From NCBI GenBank assembly GCA_963745835.1, contig CAVUZH010000013.1, forward strand, positions 384,001 through 448,000: DNA of 64,000 nt, read 5' to 3'. The notes under the pieces were generated by a model that was not told the DNA's origin, made no database searches, and was given only the letters and a program-made list of their open reading frames with translations. This stretch comes from an uncultured delta proteobacterium (GTDB taxonomy: Bacteria; Desulfobacterota; Binatia; UBA9968). Positions 59,349-64,000 of this stretch are shown here, in pieces; positions within the stretch are counted from its first letter, which is position 1; each line of letters starts with the position of its first letter. Position numbers and translations under genes: made by a program.

Positions 59349-60764
59349 GTGTCGATCAAGCTCAGGCGCCCGCGTTCAGAATCGACATCGGACAAACTGG
59401 CAGAGTTTGTCGCAAGCCTGAGCGCAAGAGAGCTTCCTAAAGCAATCAAAGAAGCGGCCAAAGAACATCTGCTCGACGGCTTTGCGACAATGCTTGCCGG
59501 CGCGGCGGAAGGCGCGAGCCAGCGCATCGACGGTTATTTGCGAAATTTTTTCTCCAGACCGGAAGCAACCGTTATTGGATCCGCCATGAAGGTCAATGCG
59601 CAGTATGCCGCGCTCGCCAACGGCATTCGTGGACACGTGCTCGACTATGATGATGCCCAGTTGGCCACTCTGCGTTCGCGGCCCTACGGTCAACTCACCC
59701 ACCCAACCACACCGGTTCTAGCTGCTGCTCTTGCCTTAGCGGAAAAAATCAAGGCCACGGGTTTAGAATTGTTGGCCGCCTATATTGTCGGCGTTGAAGT
59801 AGCGTGCCGGCTCGCCGATGCGATTCACCCCGATCATTATCTTAAAGGCTTTCATCCCACCGGGACAATCGGCGCCTTCGGCGCTACCGCCGCATGCGCA
59901 CACCTGCTGAAATTGGATTTTACCCGGACGCGCTGGGCTGTGGGTATCGCCGCAAGCCTGGCCTCCGGACTGCGAGCTCATCGTGGTACGATGGCCAAAT
60001 CGTTGAATGCCGGGCATGCAGCCGAGAACGGTGTCGTTGCCGCCACTTTGGCTCAAACCGGCTTTAGCGCTTCTACGGATGTATTTGACGACCCGATGGG
60101 TTACTTCGCTGCGGCGTGTCATGGCATGGTGGAACGTAAACTGATCAAGTTCGGCTCGCCGTATTTTCTTGTTAACCCGGGGATCGCCATTAAAATCTAT
60201 CCCTGCGCCGGTGTACTACATCCGGCACTCGACGCAATCATCGATGTAGCCAAGGAACACGATTTGCGATCGACCGATGTCAAAAGAATTCGTGTCAGCC
60301 TCGGTCCTGATGCGGCTTTGCCTCTGGTGTATAATCGTCCAAAGACTGCCCTTGAAGGAAAATTCAGTCTATCCTTCTCCGCCGCTGTGGCTCTGGTCTA
60401 TCGCAGAGCCGGTCTCGAGCAATATAAAGACGCGACTCTTCTGAATCAAAACATTACCGCCGTGATGAAGCGAATCGAGCTCGTGCAAAATCCGAGGCTT
60501 CGGTCGCTGGGCAATCTCGGTTGCCCAGCTGAGATCGAGATTCAATTGAATAACCGGAGAATTTACCGAAAACGCGCCACCGTGGCCAAAGGCCATCCGA
60601 AGAAACCCCTGACACGAGAAGAAATTCAAGAGAAATTTCACCAGTGCGCCGGCGAGCAAATACCAAAGAAACGAGCCAAAAAGTTTGTCGAGGATCTCTT
60701 GTCCATCGAAGAAGTTGATGTGCTGGCGCCATGGCTTAAATTGTTGCGGCCCGCGCGCCGTTGA
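59349..60764 (+). CDS. MmgE/PrpD family protein
   Basis: AALANG..HVLDYDD, HPT, GFHPTG, KSLNAG, KIYPC..HP, KFS, KGHP. Confidence 0.92.
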   Translation: MSIKLRRPRSESTSDKLAEFVASLSARELPKAIKEAAKEHLLDGFATMLAGAAEGASQRIDGYLRNFFSRPEATVIGSAMKVNAQYAALANGIRGHVLDYDDAQLATLRSRPYGQLTHPTTPVLAAALALAEKIKATGLELLAAYIVGVEVACRLADAIHPDHYLKGFHPTGTIGAFGATAACAHLLKLDFTRTRWAVGIAASLASGLRAHRGTMAKSLNAGHAAENGVVAATLAQTGFSASTDVFDDPMGYFAAACHGMVERKLIKFGSPYFLVNPGIAIKIYPCAGVLHPALDAIIDVAKEHDLRSTDVKRIRVSLGPDAALPLVYNRPKTALEGKFSLSFSAAVALVYRRAGLEQYKDATLLNQNITAVMKRIELVQNPRLRSLGNLGCPAEIEIQLNNRRIYRKRATVAKGHPKKPLTREEIQEKFHQCAGEQIPKKRAKKFVEDLLSIEEVDVLAPWLKLLRPARR

Positions 60765-60823
60765 CTTTGATCCAGTGAACAGAGAAAGATGACAACAACC
60801 CTGGCTTGAAAGGATCAACTAGC

Positions 60824-61525
60824 ATGCGCATCGTCGATCTCAGCATGACCGTACAAGAGTGCGACTCAGCACCGTTTGCTCCCGATGAAAACTATTTTAA
60901 GCTCAGACCGATTATCAAATGGGAAGACAAAGGGTTTGTTTCCAATGTCGTGCAGATGACCGTTCACGTTGGCACCCACATCGACTCGCCGCATCATTTT
61001 TTTCGCGACAAGCCTTCTATCGAGCAACTTCCGCTCGAGCCGATGGTCGGCCAGGCGATCATACTGGATCTAACCGCTAAGGGGATTGCCCGCGCAGTTA
61101 TCACGCCCCAGGATTTAAGCCAAGCCGAGGAGAAGCTCAAGCAAGAAGGTATTGAGATTCCTCAGGGCGGCATGCTTTTTCTTAGGACCGACTGGCCTAA
61201 AGGCCACGATACGACGGACCCTCAATGGTGGAACGATTCGCCGTATCTAAATAAGGAGGCAGCTCAATGGATTGTTGCGAGGAAGCCGGCGGTTGTCGGT
61301 TTTGATTTTGCGCAGGAAGAAAAGGGAACTGATTATCAAAGCGCCGATCAAATTCTCCAGAGCGCCATGCGCGTGCACCGGACCATTCTTCCCAAAGTGA
61401 TTTTTCAAATCGAGAATCTGATCAATCTCGATCAGATCGGCTCCAGCGCTCAAGTCGTTGCTCTGCCGGTAAAGTGGAAAACCGAATCGGCGCCCGCGCG
61501 GGTCATCGCCCTGCTGGACAATTAG
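60824..61525 (+). CDS. Cyclase family metal-dependent hydrolase (KynB-like)
   Basis: VDLS, HVGTHIDSPHHF, LRTDW, IENL, APARVIA. Confidence 0.88.
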   Translation: MRIVDLSMTVQECDSAPFAPDENYFKLRPIIKWEDKGFVSNVVQMTVHVGTHIDSPHHFFRDKPSIEQLPLEPMVGQAIILDLTAKGIARAVITPQDLSQAEEKLKQEGIEIPQGGMLFLRTDWPKGHDTTDPQWWNDSPYLNKEAAQWIVARKPAVVGFDFAQEEKGTDYQSADQILQSAMRVHRTILPKVIFQIENLINLDQIGSSAQVVALPVKWKTESAPARVIALLDN

Positions 61526-61557
61526 GCCTGACACTCATGAAAGACTCTGATTATCGT

Positions 61558-61673
61558 GCTGCTCAAAAGAGCTCATAGGCGAGGCGGTCAAAAGTCGACG
61601 AGCGAAGGCCTACTCTTCAGTACGTCGACGCGCGGCGATTGGGCCAACGAAGCATATGGGGCTTTTCAGCAGC
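61558..61673. repeat. MITE-like palindromic intergenic element, copy 1
   Basis: Terminal IR GCTGCTCAAAAG / CTTTTCAGCAGC; internal blocks shared with 63487..63614. Confidence 0.75.
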
Positions 61674-61687
61674 GTGTTAACTGACTG

Positions 61688-62677
61688 ATGAGAGCAGTCC
61701 GTGTACATGAGCTTGGCGGCCCGGACGTGCTCCGCTACGAGGAAGTTCCGGCGCCACAACCGAGAGCCGGCGAGGTTTTGGTCAGAGTCGCTGCCGCGGG
61801 CGTCAACTATCTCGATATCTATTATCGTTCAGGGTTTTACTGGGGCGGCCATCATGGCCGTGCGCTCCCGTATGTTCCCGGCGCTGAGGCGTCCGGCACT
61901 GTCGCCGACTTAGGCGCGAACGTTACCGAGGTCAAAGTCGGTGATCGCGTCGCCTACGGCATATCCAATGGGTATGGCTCATATGCCGAGCTGCACGCGC
62001 TGCCTGCCTGGCATCTTTACAAAATTCCGCAGTCGATTGCATTTGAAGACGCGGCAGCGATCATGCTGCAAGGCATGACGGCTCATTATCTCACGCACAG
62101 TACTTATGCAGTAAAACCGAATGACACTGTTCTCATCCACGCCGCCGCCGGCGGCACCGGGTTGTTGTTAGTGCAACTGGCAAAGATGCGCGGCGCGCGG
62201 GTCTTTGGGACGGTCTCGACCGATGCGAAAGCGCAGCTCGCCCAAGCGGCCGGCGCCGATTGGACGATCAACTACGCGGAACAGGATTTCGCCGCCGAAA
62301 TTAGAAAATTCACCAACGGCAAAGGCGTTAATGTCGTCTATGATTCAGTTGGCCAGGCGACATTTGAAAAAAGCCTGGACTGCCTCGCCCCATTGGGCAG
62401 TCTGATCATTTTCGGTCAAGCCAGCGGCCCGGTGCCGCCCTTCGATACTTCGATTCTAAACGCTAAGGGATCGCTGACGTTAGCCCGTCCGAGCCTGACA
62501 CACAACGTCGCCAGCCATGCCGACGTGCTTTGGCGCGCCGGCGATCTATTTAACTGGCTTGCGCAAGGAAAGCTTAAAGTTACGATTGGAGAAATCTACC
62601 GGCTTTCCCAAGCCGCGGGCGCGCACCGGCAGTTGGAGTCACGAAAATCAACCGGCAAGATTCTCCTGGTCCCTTAG
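61688..62677 (+). CDS. qor: NADPH:quinone oxidoreductase (zeta-crystallin/MDR)
   Basis: GGPDVL, GVNYLD, LQGMTAHYL, HAAAGGTG, VVYDSVG, FGQASG, TGKILL. Confidence 0.92.
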   Translation: MRAVRVHELGGPDVLRYEEVPAPQPRAGEVLVRVAAAGVNYLDIYYRSGFYWGGHHGRALPYVPGAEASGTVADLGANVTEVKVGDRVAYGISNGYGSYAELHALPAWHLYKIPQSIAFEDAAAIMLQGMTAHYLTHSTYAVKPNDTVLIHAAAGGTGLLLVQLAKMRGARVFGTVSTDAKAQLAQAAGADWTINYAEQDFAAEIRKFTNGKGVNVVYDSVGQATFEKSLDCLAPLGSLIIFGQASGPVPPFDTSILNAKGSLTLARPSLTHNVASHADVLWRAGDLFNWLAQGKLKVTIGEIYRLSQAAGAHRQLESRKSTGKILLVP

Positions 62678-62683
62678 AAAATC

Positions 62684-63403
62684 ATGTACGGCTGGCGCGC
62701 AAAGCTCGGACGCATCTCCCCTTCTCCTGAAACCGTGGGCGCTGAGGAATGGCGCCGCTCCATGCCCGAAGGCGTCTGCCTCGTCGAAACGCGCACACTC
62801 CTTCACGACGTCACCGTGGACGGCCTCAACGAAGCCGCTAAGCAGGTTGAACGCGCAGCCTTGGAGTTGGCTTCCGCCGAAGTCGACGTGATCTTACAGG
62901 CCGGTACCGCCATCGCGTTCTTCCGCGGCTTTGGGCACGATCATGAATTAAGGCGCCGCATCCATGCTGTCACCGGCATCCAAGCGACCACATCGCTCAC
63001 CGCCGTGGTCGAGGCGCTCCGGGCACTAAAAATTCAGCGCCCCGCAATTGCAACCTCGTACCTGGCCGACATCGATGCGCGACTGGCCGAAGTCTTGGAA
63101 AAGTCCGGCTTCGAAGTGGCGGCGATTCGCGGAATGGGCCTTAAGAAGAGTATCGACATGGGCAAAGTGACACCCGAGGAAACCTACCGCCTGGCGCGAG
63201 AGGTCGTTCGTTCAGCGCCGAAGGCCGATGGGATTCTGATTTCGTGCGGTAATCTCCGGAGCTTTGAAGCCATCGGACCTCTCGAAACCGATACGGGCTT
63301 GCCGGTGATAACGAGTAATCAAGCAGGCCTGTGGCAAGCGCTGCGGATGGCGGGAATACAGGACCATTTAACCTCTCTGGGCCGGCTTCTTAGCGACCAC
63401 TAA
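62684..63403 (+). CDS. Arylmalonate decarboxylase / maleate isomerase family protein
   Basis: QAGTAIAFFRG, ATSY, DGILISCGNL, PVITSNQA. Confidence 0.82.
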   Translation: MYGWRAKLGRISPSPETVGAEEWRRSMPEGVCLVETRTLLHDVTVDGLNEAAKQVERAALELASAEVDVILQAGTAIAFFRGFGHDHELRRRIHAVTGIQATTSLTAVVEALRALKIQRPAIATSYLADIDARLAEVLEKSGFEVAAIRGMGLKKSIDMGKVTPEETYRLAREVVRSAPKADGILISCGNLRSFEAIGPLETDTGLPVITSNQAGLWQALRMAGIQDHLTSLGRLLSDH

Positions 63404-63486
63404 CAAGTATTTTATAAAATCGACAAACCCTTAGCAGTAAAAAGAGCTTCGTTCTTGAGGAGGTTTCTACAGTCCTCTGGTGCTCC

Positions 63487-63614
63487 TCCAGACTGATCAA
63501 AAAGGTCCAAATGCGAGGCGCGCGAAGATCGACGAGCGAAGACGTACGGCTAAGTACGTTGCAGCGAGGCGGGCGAGTGCAACGAAGCAGACGGGCCTTT
63601 TTCATCAGTCTGGA
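63487..63614. repeat. MITE-like palindromic intergenic element, copy 2
   Basis: Terminal IR TCCAGACTGATCAAAAAGG / CCTTTTTCATCAGTCTGGA; same internal blocks as copy 1. Confidence 0.78.
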
Positions 63615-63617
63615 CGT

Positions 63618-64000
63618 TCAGGAGTGCTCGTCCTGGGAAAACCACTCCGTTGGCAACTCTCTTCCCAAGCCCTTCTCTCGCGCAAGCTCGTACACTCTCG
63701 CCCCTGCGGCCGAGAACTGAAGCCCAAGTCCCAAATGATTGAGCATGCAAGTTACGTCCGAGTCTTTATCCCGGCCTTTGACTTTACCGGCAATTATTTC
63801 TGAAAGCTCCGGTTTATCACGCCAGTCCGCGGCGGTTTTTTCTAGCTCTGCGCGACCGTAATCGCCCTTGCCAAATTCCGGAATCGCGCTCTCCTGCCCG
63901 GGTAAGGTGAAGAGTTGTGCAGCTTGGCGCGTCGAAACAGCGATAAGATCGCAACCCAACAGAGCTTCAAGCGTCATCTCGCTGGGCCGTACCGTGGTGA
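63618..64000 (-). CDS. Ornithine cyclodeaminase/mu-crystallin family protein, C-terminal part (5' end outside window)
   Basis: ELSEIIAGKVKGR..GLGLQFSAAGARVYELAREKGLG. Confidence 0.8.
   Translation of the reverse strand, partial: TTVRPSEMTLEALLGCDLIAVSTRQAAQLFTLPGQESAIPEFGKGDYGRAELEKTAADWRDKPELSEIIAGKVKGRDKDSDVTCMLNHLGLGLQFSAAGARVYELAREKGLGRELPTEWFSQDEHS

Noticed and set aside
60824-61525. Kynurenine pathway link between the cyclase and the 3HAO-like gene
   Set aside because: They are about 60 kb apart, with no kynA or kynU in the window

Overview
Gene-dense bacterial chromosomal window (about 55% GC by eye). The rnj-ftsK-lolA-rimO-dksA block, orphan TctC/Bug and NMT1-type binding proteins, UbiD paralogs and amidohydrolases suggest a deltaproteobacterial-type soil organism such as Ca. 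Binatia (inference only). Layout: 1-13 kb, aromatic/N-heterocycle catabolism and uptake genes; 13.3-15.3 kb, a two-gene operon of a membrane-anchored peptidoglycan amidase and a MamK-type actin with no other magnetosome genes in the window (top candidate for an undescribed system); 18-25 kb, a YfhL-ferredoxin/Zn-ribbon fusion and a GlrK-QseG-GlrR-like sigma54 system with two candidate target promoters; 25-39.6 kb, mostly housekeeping (rmuC, aguAB, mazG, ssb, plsC, rnj, ftsK, lolA, rimO, dksA); 39.7-46 kb, four paralogous small exported proteins ending in KGGD, arranged as two lipoprotein+soluble pairs around a NarL-family two-component system and downstream of a Cys-rich porin (second candidate system); 46-64 kb, hisF, a GcvT-like gene divergent from two CrtI/COG1233-like flavoproteins, trxB, moaC, an rlmI-like gene, radC, an M23 peptidase, MmgE/PrpD, a cyclase, qor, an arylmalonate-decarboxylase-like enzyme and two hairpin MITE-like repeats. 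I found no rRNA, tRNA, CRISPR array or transposase. Several single-base frameshifts may be assembly errors. All family calls come from motif recognition by eye, not database searches.
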